Shown here: positions 1-13,305 of the stretch, in pieces
Numbering within the stretch: position 1 is the stretch's first letter
Layout of the letters: each line of letters opens with the position of its first letter
DNA from: Balanoglossus misakiensis
Lineage: Eukaryota; Animalia; Hemichordata
Direction: 5' to 3'
DNA: 64,000 nt
Assembly: GCA_040954595.2 (NCBI GenBank)
Contig: CM082583.2
Span: forward strand, 7,190,849-7,254,848
Program-made: the position numbers and the translations under genes
Notes under the pieces: generated by a model
Database searches by the model: none
Told to the model about the DNA's origin: nothing
What the model saw: the letters and a program-made list of their open reading frames with translations, nothing else

Positions 1-119
1 TTGTTGATTACGGCGATTAGCAAACTAAACATCCCGAACGTCATATTTCCCACCGACGATGACCCGTCGGATGGAAGTCGGCCGGCCTCCGCCTCATCAC
101 CAGCACCGTGTTGATCCAT
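1..119 (-). CDS. Probable 5' end of a membrane-protein gene (GPCR-like N-terminus), truncated by the window edge
   Basis: ATG at 119 (minus), with an in-frame TGA upstream at 174-176. Reads MDQHGAGDEAEAGRLPSDGSSSVGNMTFGMFSLLIAVIN...: polar N-terminus, N-glycosylation sequon NMT, then a hydrophobic stretch. Only 39 codons are visible, so the family is inferred. Confidence 0.35.
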   Translation of the reverse strand, partial: MDQHGAGDEAEAGRLPSDGSSSVGNMTFGMFSLLIAVIN

Positions 120-2004
120 TTCCCCCACCGATATCCAACACAGGAAATGAAACTTGACAGCATCCCTTTGTATTCAACAATCAACAAATACAGAGATTAA
201 GATGTTGGCGATCCTTTCCCATGGTGAAAATTAAGCTGATAAACTTCTTATTGAATTTTGCAGCGCCTCTTTTGAAAGCAAAAATTAATGGATATTTTAA
301 TTACACCCTGTTTCCCAACAAAGTTCCCATGCATGCTGAGTGGTATTGTGAAATGATGAGTATACGTATTTAGTGCTCGTATCAATTTTTGTGTCTGGTT
401 ATTGAAGTGCACCATTCATCCGAATTATTTTTCATTTTATTGACACCCGAATATCGTGTCAGATCTGTGATCACGTGATAGTGATATGTTCAGATAACTG
501 GTCGTACGGCCGGGCAATGTATTACAAAACGAGATATTTTTTTTCAATTCTTTTTGACCCAAAGCTCCTTTTTGTATACTTATAGCGTTTTCATTTCCAC
601 GTTTTCGCAAAAAAAATAATAAATGGTTTTTGAGTTGCGTTCAGCAAAATTGATAAGGGGTGATATTACAGAGGCATGTTGGGATTGTGATAAAGGTGGC
701 GGCAGATTGTTTTGCCGCGGTGTATGCCGGTATATCTCATTATGCAGCAATTTTCTATATTTTTCTCGTCATTTTTATTCAACTGCGTGCTCGTTCAACG
801 GTCTTCCCTCAACATTATTTGCTAACACTTTGTAAACCGCTATTATTAAATACAAGTCCGGACGTATTATCCGCGTGTCAACAATGCGCATGACACGACT
901 CAGGGAACAGAATGACAAATAAGGCAAGACGTGACAAGGCTCCTTCCTTTCTGATCCCACTGGAGAAGGTGCATAATTCACTCATTTTGAGCAGCGTCAG
1001 AGTGTAGAAATGTCTCACATGCATTCCCGTTGATCAAACAATCATTTAAGTTCCCTCTCATCTGAAGTAGATCTCGTCAGCGAATATATGTTTCACTAAT
1101 GTGTCAGTTGTAGCCTTAGGTTCAAGTGTACTAGAACCGAACCCTGAACCAATACTTAAAATACGTTGGACGTATTAATTAAACTGAACTCGGCTGATAA
1201 AAGAAAATAAACGTAACATTTTCCGAATTAAATGATCATATTTCCGTGGCTCATGTTTTTCTTTAATTTAAAAAAAAATATTAAAGGTACGAATAGTTAG
1301 AAAATGGTAATTGTGATTCTAATGTTTCATGTTAAGAAACGTGATCACGCTTAATTCAGTGTTTTGCCATAGTCACAATGGTGTACCAAAATGTGACGAT
1401 CGAGGTTATTAATCGAGGTTCAGGAGCAGTTGTGAGAAAGAAAGCTTTTGGTGAGTTTACAAACTGAAATACGTGCATGGAGAGCGCATCAAAGTCTGCG
1501 GATAAAAGAAGCTCCTCTAGAAATTATATTTATGACTATGATCGACAGTAAACCTTAATTTTCCGAACTTGAGTGTCAGAATAACAAAGGGACTCGACAT
1601 TAGTGTTAATGATAATTGACCTTGGTGTATAATACATGGACAGCAGGTTGCCTTCATAATTCTACTTATTTACGCTCTATAAGTATACGTCTTGCCTCCA
1701 GCGACGTGTAGCTGCGATGCATTATGGATAAAAGAGAGGGGGTCAGAGGTCAAAGCCGTCAATCTCTGGAAATCACAACACAATCAACCATGATGTACTT
1801 TCATTGGACAATAATATATCATTGTTTAAGTATTTCACTTTGGAATAGCGTGGAATATTTACTCCATCTGTTTGGGTTTTGAATAACATTTTAACTTGAA
1901 TTACACGCCGTGGTGACTGAGTAAATAATATTATTTCCTCCTTTGCATCGTTGAACAAATTTACACCCGGGGGATCGCTCCTATGTGGCAGTTTCATGCA
2001 TAGC

Positions 2005-2056
2005 CGTGGTTCTCACCGAAAAATCGTGGTTCTTACCGAAAAATCGTGGTTCTTAC
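2005..2056. repeat. 20-bp tandem repeat, ~2.6 copies (CGTGGTTCTYACCGAAAAAT)
   Basis: Directly visible: units 2005-2024, 2025-2044 and partial 2045-2056. Confidence 0.9.
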
Positions 2057-4699
2057 GTTATACAGCCTACAAAGTCAAAATGTTTCATATTTTTCGTCGG
2101 TTTCTGATGAATTTTGGAAATTGTTCCTATTTGCATGCGCAGGTGGCACTCGCTGTTTTTTTTTTTTTTTGTAAAACTGTGATGCAACTTATGATTTCCA
2201 TTAAGCAGAAGAGGACGGGTGGATGAAGCATGACCTCAACCTTGTAATTGTCAAATGAGTTATTTGCATTGAACGCCAATATCACAGTACAAGTACGTAT
2301 ACCTGCAGGGTACGGCACATGTCCGACTCACACCAGAATAAAATAAATGTCGATATAAATGGTTTTAAAACTTGTGACTATTTTGTCAGATAGGTAATGC
2401 CCCCGTGTCAATAATTCAATTGGGGTAGGCTGATTCTTTCTGCTGCCTGTCTATTTGTTCGGTCCTGTTTCCCTTGTCTATCGTCCATTTCTAAATTTCT
2501 TTTTTTCCTCTCTATTTCGAAAACAAAACAATCCGCAAAAGATTGCTAGTCATACACGTGTCTCGTACTATAAAACACCCGATCAAGATCCAAAGGCTTA
2601 TGCATTCACGTGAGAATATCACATAATATCACACGAAATGTATGTATTACAAAAAGTTAAACGCGGAAGTATATGTAAACACGGCGGCTTCCGAAGCACA
2701 CTGCCACGTGAAGATAACAGTCGGTCAATTACTGTTCACCGTCATGGCCCAAGGAGCCAAGTGCTCGCCATCCGTACTTGACTCATCTTCCATAATAGAA
2801 AGAAAAAATAATATACGATTTTTAAGTATACTCTTTGACACCTCTAATTTACGGTGTGTAAATGTTGCCTTGGGTTGTGTTCTAAATCATAAATTTAGAC
2901 CCACTTCAGTGTTTATACAACGCGTCCTCTCGACATGATATATTAATTTGCATCGAGGAAGCACTCCTAATGAATACATGCCCTTTGGCACGGGTTGCAC
3001 TCAGTAACACCATCTACTGCAGATGGTTCTTGCAGAGGAAACGGATCCATATTTTGTCCTGCCTTCTGTCTTGTTGATTCATTAAAATATTACGCGCTGA
3101 TATGACTGAGTCACGCTTATTCCCGCCGAAGTGTACCTAACCTTCCAAGGAAAGCTTCATATCTCACCACGAACGAACGCCAGTGCTCATGCGCGTGAAA
3201 TCGCGCAGTGATCATGACGTCATTGCGCCAAGTCAGTGATTTGGAAGATTGCTTGAGAATGCGAATTTCACTGGTGATATCATTGTACACGCATGTCCAT
3301 TTCGATCACGATGCGCCATTTCAAATACTCAAATATTTTTTTTGCAAATCCTGATTGGAAAGCGTAGTTCCTGTTGTTTGCATATCATTTAACTCAAATA
3401 CATAATCCATTTGTCGAAATAAAGCACACATGAATGACTAAAACTGAAGTGTGACCGAATTTCACCTAAATGGTACCCTAGTATATTTCGACAGACAAGT
3501 CAAAATGTATCCCAGCCTGCACATTTCATCTGTGAGGCGATATTAGCCGAGACGCGGCGCACATCCCGCCGCATGCAAATAACACAATTAACTCATATTT
3601 CACTGCAATTATATTACCACATGCATCCCTGTAAGCGTATAGTTCGATGGTAGCGTCACACTACACGGAACGCAGATATATTTCGCCGCTAACTGGGGCA
3701 CAACCTACACAAGGGATAATCAGGAAACCGACGCAAACACTGACACACATCAATTAAACCGCCGCGCAAGACAAACCCAATTACCCCGACAGGTTATAAA
3801 CAACACTCGGGGTGAAAGAAGTGATATATTTCCAACAAGACGCGAAACTGGGATGCCTCCAATATATCAACATCTGAACTTATCACATAGGAAGTAGCAG
3901 TTTACCTAGTTACTCAGAAGTGAAGCCGATGACGACAGCGTCATAAAGGTACAACAGATCATGTCAATTTCATTAAACGAAAAATGAACGCCGATCAGAT
4001 TTACCTAAACTAAAAGTCAGCACGATAAAAAAGAGGGGGGGGGGGGGCAAGAAGACATGTCCAAGACATTGTCGACAGCGGCGATCTATGAGTTGGTCCG
4101 CGCGGAATTCTCCCGTCCGCCGAGGTTTGAAACTAATCAAGTCGGGATGTATGAAATTCACAGGTTGTTTCTATCATATGTGTTAATCTCACAGATTACA
4201 AACCACTCGTATATTTCACGGAGGCGATGATGGCGTGTTCAGTTTCATGGCAGCCTTTAACTAATGTCTTCCTCCGCGCAAAACGGGCCAGGAAATTGAA
4301 TGGATTGTGGTGATAAGTGCTACAATACGACGACGAGTCTATTGACGTGGTATACATCCATTACAAGCACGAAAGCATCACCCCCAGGATAATTGAATTC
4401 GACTCCCGGTTAAAAACTTGACACGTTCCGCGCAGACGCCCGTTGTCTTCGGATGAGAGAACGTTCAAGTTGGTGCCGTCATCGGCTAAAACTTACGCAG
4501 CTCGAGGCCAATGTCTGTTTCGATGACGTCAAAGGAGTTGTTAAACCAGCCTTGTGGTGGTAATTGTCCTAGTGTATGGTGTCAAAGCTTTTAGTTTTCA
4601 TGAAGTGGTCGAACTATTGACGTTTTGCCCGTACGTCATGTACCTTTGTGGAATGTGTGCATGCGTGCGCGTGTGTCTGTTTGTGTGTGTGTATACATG

Positions 4700-4703
<4 letters not shown>

Positions 4704-4733
<30 letters not shown>

Positions 4734-4855
4734 TGTATGTATGTATGTATGTATGTATGTATGTATGTATGTATGTATGTATGTATGTATGTATGTATGT
4801 ATGTATGTATGTATGTATGTATGTATGTATGTATGTATGTATGTATGTATGTATG
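4704..4855 (+). repeat. (TATG)n tetranucleotide microsatellite, ~38 units
   Basis: Perfect array; it generates the spurious CMYV/HTYI ORFs. Confidence 0.98.
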
Positions 4856-7054
4856 AACTGGTGCATCTCTGAATTTTCAGTTACTTCGCTGTGCATGCGT
4901 GCTGGCGCGGTTACATTTATCTGTTCTACGCAGAACATGTTGTATTCACAGGAAATGAGTTGTGTACACAATGAACAAATAAAGAGTATATATCACTAAA
5001 TGAAGGGTAGATGGGAAACTAGGGTCGACGTGTGCTTATATTTTGCAAGAAAACCAGTTTGAACACTGAAGTTGAAAAACCCGAGCGAGTGGGGCAACGG
5101 AACTAAGTTTGTGGTCTTTAAGGTGACAATGTCGGACCTAAAGGTGAATAATGAAATACTATTAATTTGAGACATTTGCTCGGAGCCAGTCAAAACCGCT
5201 TTCCCTTGCCATATTTCTCCCGGAAAATATGTAGGTCAAAAATGAGGCAATTTCTATGAGGGGCCTCGCAGCAATGAATCGTTGGGGAATGCGAACATTT
5301 TGAAAATAAATTGACTAGACTCGATTAAGAGCACATAGCCAGAGGCCAGGCAAAACCCAAGACGGTGTAGTTTGTATTGGACGAGTCGGACAGGGATCTT
5401 GTTGGCGATTGATTGCATGCCTGCGAGTTGAGAGCGTTTCCCCCTAAATGTTCATAGTGAATTCGTTTGAGCTGCTAATTTCACAGCGTACGCGGGCGAA
5501 TTGCGTGGGGGTTGGTCGGGTCCGGTCGGGTACAGTGGACAGAGGCGGTGATCACAAGAATTTAAGTGCTTCGACTTGTCGTTTTAAGGTGTTATAAGGT
5601 TTATGATTGTTTCCTCATAGATCCAAGGTGGTAAACACGTGGATTGTCATCCGTATAAAGTTCTTGTAAGTTATAACATTCTAATAACTCGTGGATATAC
5701 ACACACCTCATTGGCACAATATCATTAAAAAATAGCAGCAACAGATCATATATACATTAGCTATCGTGGTGTTTTCAACGTTACACGCGTGCCAACAGAA
5801 TGTACAAAACATCAGTGCTATAACCGCAAAAGTGAATGTTAGTAATAACATCCTATACTAACAACACCGTGAGAAAGTTCTTTAAAAGAGCGTAAATACT
5901 GTACAATACATTTTTCTTCAAAACTACCTTTTAAATGGTGGTTACTGTATGTGGGAAGTGTCTGAGAAGTAATGAACGGATTAAGAGGACGTGATTACAC
6001 CTGGTCAGATTCAAATATGAAAGCCGATCTGCCTGTGCACAATTAAATCCTACAAACTGGTGTCGCTACTGGGGCTTTAACGACAAACGACTCACCAGGA
6101 ACTGTTTTCTGAATTTCGATCATTACCCTTGGTTTCTATTCAGAAAGTCAGCATGGTGAAATGGACATTTTATGATGAAAGATACAAAGGTGGTTTGACA
6201 TGCTAGATTGATCATTATCCAACCCCCCCCCCCCTCAAATATATCTCTGCTGGCCTGTGTATACAATATTTTTCGCGGCGCGGAAATTGTGCCCGATCAA
6301 CAAGTGCGTAGCCACGCTGCTAATTTCCAAAGCGACTGTGAAACTAGAAAGTGAAAATTACAACTGGGTCTAAATCATTATAAGCACGCAGTCGGGGTTA
6401 GCATTATTCTTCATTGAGCGAAATCGACAAGGATGGGTTCCCGCTGCGTTGTTTTTGTGGACACCGAGTATTTTCTAAAGCGTGCGAATCTCTATGAAAT
6501 TATACAATATTCGTTACGCTCAATTTGCATGCAAATGAGGGCAGCCGCTCCGCTTACTGACAACGACAGGACGCATCGTCTTCCTGGCGGAGGAAATTAA
6601 ATAAATGCCAAATTTGATTCTAATTCATGACAAGGTACAGGCTATGTTTGCCGTGCCAAGACAAGTGTCCCGTTTTGTAGGTATCTTTAGCGACGATCTG
6701 ATATGATGGGGGGATTTTCAGCACGTCAACAGATCGCCGCGATTCTCGCGAGAGCCGCAAGATACACACGCATCAAGGTGTCGACCAGCATGATACGGTG
6801 ATGGGGTTTGCAATGTGACACTCCACGCGCGCTTTCCTAATCCATTGTTCATGCACCCTTGTTTTCCTTTCATTATCTAAAACAATGCCCAAAAATTAAT
6901 TATCACAGCATAAATAGACTCACCGAAGAAGACACCAGTCACGCCAGTTGATGTGTTCCATGGCTCGAATTTGGATTACAAACTCCAGTGTCCTAAGCAA
7001 AAATAAATAATAACTCCTGGTCGGTTACTGTGAAACTTTTGGTGATAGGTAATG

Positions 7055-7405
7055 ACATACATAGATACATAGATACATACATAGATACATAGATACATAC
7101 ATAGATACATAGATACATACATACATAGATACATACATACATAGATACATACATACATACATACATACATACATACATACATACATACATACATACATAC
7201 ATACATACATACATACATACATACATACATACATACATACATACATACATACATACATACATACATACATACATACATACATACATACATACATACATAC
7301 ATACATACATACATACATACATACATACATACATACATACATACATACATACATACATACATAAATACATACATACATACATACATACATACATACATAC
7401 ATACA
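7055..7405 (+). repeat. (CATA)n microsatellite, ~350 bp, with GATA variant units at its left end
   Basis: Directly visible; reverse complement of the 4704-4855 array. Confidence 0.98.
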
Positions 7406-10400
7406 GTCATTGTACATATAAAGACATTCATATAAAGAATATGTCACTCCTTTCAAAGTCAGTAGATTTGATGAAATGAGCATTTTATTGCTTTAAGATG
7501 ATAAAAATGAAAATGAGAGGGCTCAATTTCCAGCCCCAAAGCATTAATCCCAGACAATGCTACAATAGCATTTGTGAACACCATGAAAAATAATATCACT
7601 CACACAGTCACAAAAATGAAAAGTGCGATTTTTCTTTTATGTCGAAAGTAAAGTCCGGTTTACTTCACAATTATTAAAAGTTACAGTAGCAAAGCGCTGT
7701 ATGTTCATTCAAGCCGGCAAAGTCCAAACAAACCGAGCGACTGTTTGACATCGAAGCAATTAAATTTTTCCTTTAAAAATGTCCCGTTTATTTTGACTCG
7801 CTGAAATCGATTCCGAGTTCGGGGTAACTTTTTTTGTGCAGGAGTCGAGAGAAAAATGCGTGGTGATTGATCCGGGCATTGGGTTGTAGCTCGAACAAAA
7901 GGCGAGATTCCGCGGAGTAATAAGATTTCGGTCGCATTGTTGGCCTAGGTAGGTTTTTGTTAATAGAGAAAACAAATACTTTTTAATAGAGACATTTTAG
8001 CTGCACACAACTGCGTCTGAATCAAAGCCAGGGTACATTTATATAGCGTCCAGCGCCTGCGGTGTTTGTTGGTACGTATTATGATAGCACACGTTCCCGG
8101 AGGATGGTTTCGTGCGTATTCGCAGCAAGGCAAATTCTCGTGTTGCGGTCCTCACGAACGTGCCGATAACTCACCACGGTTGTTTTTTTTAAAACCTCGC
8201 CAGTTTCCAAAAAGATGTTAGCGGTCAATAAGTACAGAGGCCAATTTCACAATGTCGAGACTAGAGCTAAGCCGTTGACCATATACAATGATATCGCGTT
8301 GACATGGTAACAGGATTAACCTGTCAGAGTTAAACTGCGCGACAACACCAGACATAATTAACCACCGATTTTATTGAATAGAATATCACTACTTTTTTTC
8401 CTAAAATGCTGTTTATCAATAAGCTTATTGTGCGTACAATTTCATTTACGTATTTAATATATTTCTCTGTAAACCCCATTTTAACTGCAACGAGTTGCTA
8501 AATATTCGTTATCTATATTTTTATCGGGGAAAGATGTACTTTTCAGGGTTTATAATTTGGTAATTTCATGTTTTGCCGAAACGTGTTTATTATGAAGGAG
8601 CTCCCCCTCCCACCGCATTACGCGCCTTTTCAGTCGTTTTCCCGCATCTCATTTAGCAGACCGAGAATCGTGGTGTTGCTATGCGACCGAGAGCAGGCGA
8701 GCGAATTATTCGGCCGCGCAAAATAAAATCGGTACCAAGCCAAATTTCTACAGTATAGTTACTCGGGGTATAAACATGCTACCTTACGAAGGATTCTTAC
8801 TCATTGCTCAGTTGAAATTGCAGTTGTCAACTCAAGACGTTGCCTGGGGGCGCTCTATCAAAAGCAATTGTCCACGCAGGCGGGATTCGTGTTGACCCCT
8901 GACACAGAACAATTCAAAAATTCAAACAGTGGACGGGGTTAAACAGTCTCGACATAAAACAACGATAAACACGTCGTTCAAAATATATGTATTTATGGAA
9001 TTTATACCGAAATGTGACGAACATGATCACAAGAACGTTCCATGCAATAGTTCCATTCTTTCAGAAAGTGACGCCATGTGAACGCGCCTCGCGAAAGTGT
9101 GACTGCAGTGATTTCTCCGATACAAGTTATTAACTTCAAGCCATCCCAAAACAAAACAAAACCAAAAATAGAAACGTTTGTCGTACATGGCAATCGGTAA
9201 CGTGTTTCTATACCACGAAATGCTAGTATAAAACAAATGGGTTCATCATTACGGTTCTGTAAATTGACTGTTTTATCTCGAGTAGTAAAATAATTTCAAG
9301 GGGCGCACGTGACGCCGCGGTTTCACATTTGTGGGCTACATTTCCCTGCTTAGACTACATGATAAATCGTCCAAGAGAATATTTTATATAATTATTCGCA
9401 ATACATAAAAAACTTTGTAACGGAGATTACAATATCACCTAACAAAGATGACGTCCGAAAATATAATAGGTTTATCATTACACCGGGTAATTTGCAATGT
9501 AAATATCCTTTAATCTACCACGAGAGAGACTAGTGCAAACGACTTATCAGTTTAAGTCAATATATGATAACTTTGCTAAATTTTCAGAAGTGTAATTTTC
9601 CACAAAGCGATGCCGTCACTTCGCATAGGTTTTCATTAACATTGATGTCATTTGTTTCAACACCAAATTGGCTTTTGATCATCGAAAGGGCAGTTTTTTG
9701 TTTACACTTTATAAAGCTGAAGGGCTTTTCACTCTCCATCGAAATCATGCCAGAGTACGTTGGCAAACACACAAGAATCTCACACCCCATCTGTCAAATT
9801 TTCACCCAAGTGGAACCGACTGGGTCTTCGAGAGCTTCACTGAGCGGGCGTTTGAAAACTAAAATGTACTTTTATTGCCGAGGGATAATTTCACTTTTCT
9901 GGTCTTCTCGATTGACTTCGCATCACCCCAAAATAACCAAAGTTAACGTCGATATTTTTGTCACCAAACGGAGTCTTACTCGTTTGTTGAATTCTGGCAC
10001 GTGCAACCGTTTCGTATTCGTTCACAACACACACTGCTTCGGGCAGCTTTATCGAAACACAACAGCGTCTGACATAAAACGCTTTTTCAGAGACGCTTAT
10101 TTAAAAAAAACGAGGATGAATAGATGGCGCGTCTCTGGGTTGATGGTGTCCCCGGGTATCGTTTAAAATTGATCATAAACTATTTGCTTTTCAGGCTTTA
10201 TCTTTTCGAAGTCTGTGTTCCCATTTCTTCTCGCCCGATCACCCCGAGTTCTGATCACCCACTCACATAGGCACTATTTCCTCCTTCTACACGATGAAAC
10301 TTTTGTTGCGATTCCTTAAACCGTTGCTACAGTGATTATGAGTGCCTTTAAATTTTAGTTATGTAGAAGACTATTATTTAATTGCAACCAATTAGTATCC

Positions 10401-11595
10401 CATCAACTGACATTGTTTCCGCTCCTTTCTGCATTTAAACAACTGGCTCTCAATGTCCACCACGAGAGGGCGCTCACAGGGTAACAGGCAACTTCATCAC
10501 TAACACCACATTTCCTAATTTAAAAAGTCAACGCGGTGCGAAATTTTTAACGCCATCTCCTGCCCTATCAACGATTTTACAAAGTTTTTACATTTGAGGT
10601 AACTATCTAAACTAGACTACGTACACATATACTTGGCAAATCAGCGACTAGACCACAGGGGACCAGCTGGTTGGGATACATCAATAAATGATCTCTCCCC
10701 AAAATGCATATCATGAAGAGCAATGAATGGCTTTTATTGACACCTTGAATGTACGAGATTCTCTTAAATACCAAAAAAGTGAAATAAACAATTACAGCAT
10801 AAACTTTACGTGGATAAAGTTGTCCCCTAGAACAAAGTTTGCACATGAAGTTGAACAACTAGGTAAGAAAGACTCTTGGCTGTATCCGGTGTACTGTTTA
10901 TAGAATTAGATTATGGCAACAATTGAAATCAGCATACATACATATCCATGTGTATAATTCTGGAAGCACAAGTTTTAATATTGGTGGTTTACCTTTACTT
11001 GGGTGTATCTATGACCTTTCAGGTCATGTGATTCAGGTAGAGGCCAGCAAAGTTACACTGTTGAATTCTGGTTCCTTGCTCTGTTTAAACTTTAAAATCT
11101 GTTCCACTTCTGCAGACAGTGGCAGCTTTCTGTCCCTTTACCAGGTGTTGTAAAAGAAATATGCTGATTTGAATGTCCATTGCAACATATCCAACCAATC
11201 AGAACAAGAATTATGTCAGACAAATTAACACCATGTTGGAATTACAATGTATTATGGGATACATTAAAGGAACTGGGGCAGATGCATAACATTTTAATAT
11301 CAGACCATTTTTTTTCTCCCCTCACTTTCTGCATTGTAATATCCAATATGGCATTTGAACATTTCTCCATTTTACTGTGTGACTGCCTAAACAAAATAAA
11401 ACTGTACATATTATAAAAAGCTTTATCGCAAAAAAATAATACGAAAATTAAATTTAAACATTGACATGAAAAACATCAAATGTTCACTATTAAGGAACAT
11501 ATACATACTGCTTTTATACATGATTTGAATCACACATCACAGCTTGTGATTTGATCTGATTATGATGCCAACTGAATGATTGTAGACAGAATTAT

Positions 11596-12895
11596 TCAGT
11601 CTTCAAGTTTGACATCTTCTAGAATGGTCTGCGCTGCCTTGTACTCCTCGCTTTCAGCCAACTCTTTCTCGTTTTCCTGAAATCATGAAATCCAACATGG
11701 AGTCATTCTTACTGTATGAATGGCAGTTACAATTATCCTCGCATGTTCATTACATGTATATCAGTATAGAGTAAACTATGAGAATATGTGCCTTTTTCAT
11801 ATGTAGAGGGCACCCTTCCCAAACATGGCATCATCTCCAAGCAGACTATGCGAAAACGAGGCCAGTAAGCCACAGTGTACTGCTTGGGTCTTGTCTGACC
11901 ACCTGAATGTAAGCATACTTACAACCATCGTTGTCAGTTCAGAATAAGCTTTTGCCAATCTCTTTTTACAGTCTGGGATCATCTGCATCGACTCCTGCAG
12001 TACCTCTTTCTGTTGTGCAATGTCATAAGACAGAAAAGATTTACATGTATGTCACTTCCGAAATGAAATGAACTCAGACATGGTTAGAATTGTCTGGATA
12101 TTACTGGTCTGTGTTAATTTTTAATTACATTTTGCAATTTTGGTCCACTCCCCCCCCCCAAAAAAAAACAACAACAACAACAACAACAACAAAAAACAAC
12201 AACAACCAAGGTAAATGTAAATGGTCCTTCTAAGCTAAGGTCATATTTTGTGCCCTGTCTTTTCAAAAACTGATGCAACACAGAAGCAGCCATTAAAACT
12301 TTGATGAGACCAACCTAAGACATAGTGCTGTGTGATTTCACAATGTCATTTCAGACAATCTGTAATTCTGGTGTAACCAGAATTGCCACAATACCTGTTT
12401 CTTGATGTCATATTCATCTTTGCCATCAGTTTCCATCTTTTTGATTTTTTCTCCTTGGTCAACAACTTCTTTTTCATACATGGCCTTCTCCTTGCTAAGC
12501 CTGCATGGTGATATAACAATGGATCATGATATCTTATGTCCTGGAGCAGTGGAAAATACATGAGAGTTCAGTATCTGACGGGGGGGGGGGGGGCAGCATA
12601 AACCCTGTTGGTGGGATAGGTTGATTTTACACTTGGACGTTTGATAGGTGCTTTGGAGGCGTCTACTTAAAAACTGCCTGCATAATCAGGGTCATCACCT
12701 CAAGTTGTGGTCTGTAGACTCGTCAAATTGCCTACAGTGAGCGAACTGATAATTCGATAACGTCCATTTTGTATACATGACATGCATGACTATGAGTCTC
12801 CACAGTGTACATGTATCAGGCACGTCCAATTTTTACCTTTTCACAACCCCTGTTTTGATCTTGATTTGACGAAGTCTTGGATCTGCTGCAGCCAT
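11596..12895 (-). CDS. TBCA: Tubulin-specific chaperone A (cofactor A), 110 aa, 4 coding exons
   Basis: Exons 12895-12837, 12500-12395, 12009-11923, 11676-11596, all GT-AG and in phase. Protein MAAADPRLRQIKIKTGVVKRLSKEKAMYEKEV...DEYDIKKQKEVLQESMQMIPDCKKRL...EEYKAAQTILEDVKLED matches the TBCA family signature. Confidence 0.96.
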
Positions 12896-13305
12896 TGCTC
12901 TAGTCTAGCTCTGACGTGATCGATATTATAATACGTCGATGGAACACGGTAACTTGTGCAATTTTGGCCGCACCGGTTGTTTGGTTTTCAAAATGTGAAC
13001 AGTGTGGTATCCAGCGTACTGCGCTTGCCCAGAACGAGTCAGGGTGAGTAATTTTGACCTCGTTGGGTCAAAGGTGAAAGTTAAACCAGGTGTCACGTAC
13101 CCGGAAACAAGCAGGAACTCGACAACAAACACTCCCAGACCAACCAGGGGCAACTGACAACAGCAAAATTCATCGCGAATTGTGAGTGATTCTTGTTGGG
13201 CACTCTGCCACCTACTCTTTGCGTTCATAGAACTATATTTTCCGAGGTCGCCACCTCCAGACTGAAAACAAGACGTGCAGGCTAAAGTCTAAAGGGAAAA
13301 CAGCC
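12896..13305. promoter_or_regulatory. Bidirectional promoter between TBCA and the JmjC gene
   Basis: Only 410 bp between the divergent ATGs; CpG-rich; contains TGACGTGA (~12912) and an ETS-like ACCCGGAAAC (~13099). Confidence 0.7.

Noticed and set aside
4385-4490. B-box-like TTCGACTCCCGG followed by GTCTTCGGATGAGA, resembling a tRNA-derived SINE
   Set aside because: No cloverleaf or A-box and no second copy in the window; too degenerate to call.
4554-7483. ORFs of 74-152 aa with CMYV/HTYI repeats
   Set aside because: They are translations of the (TATG)n and (CATA)n microsatellites.
9564-10166. 200-aa plus-strand ORF
   Set aside because: No recognisable motif, random-like composition and no supporting splice structure.
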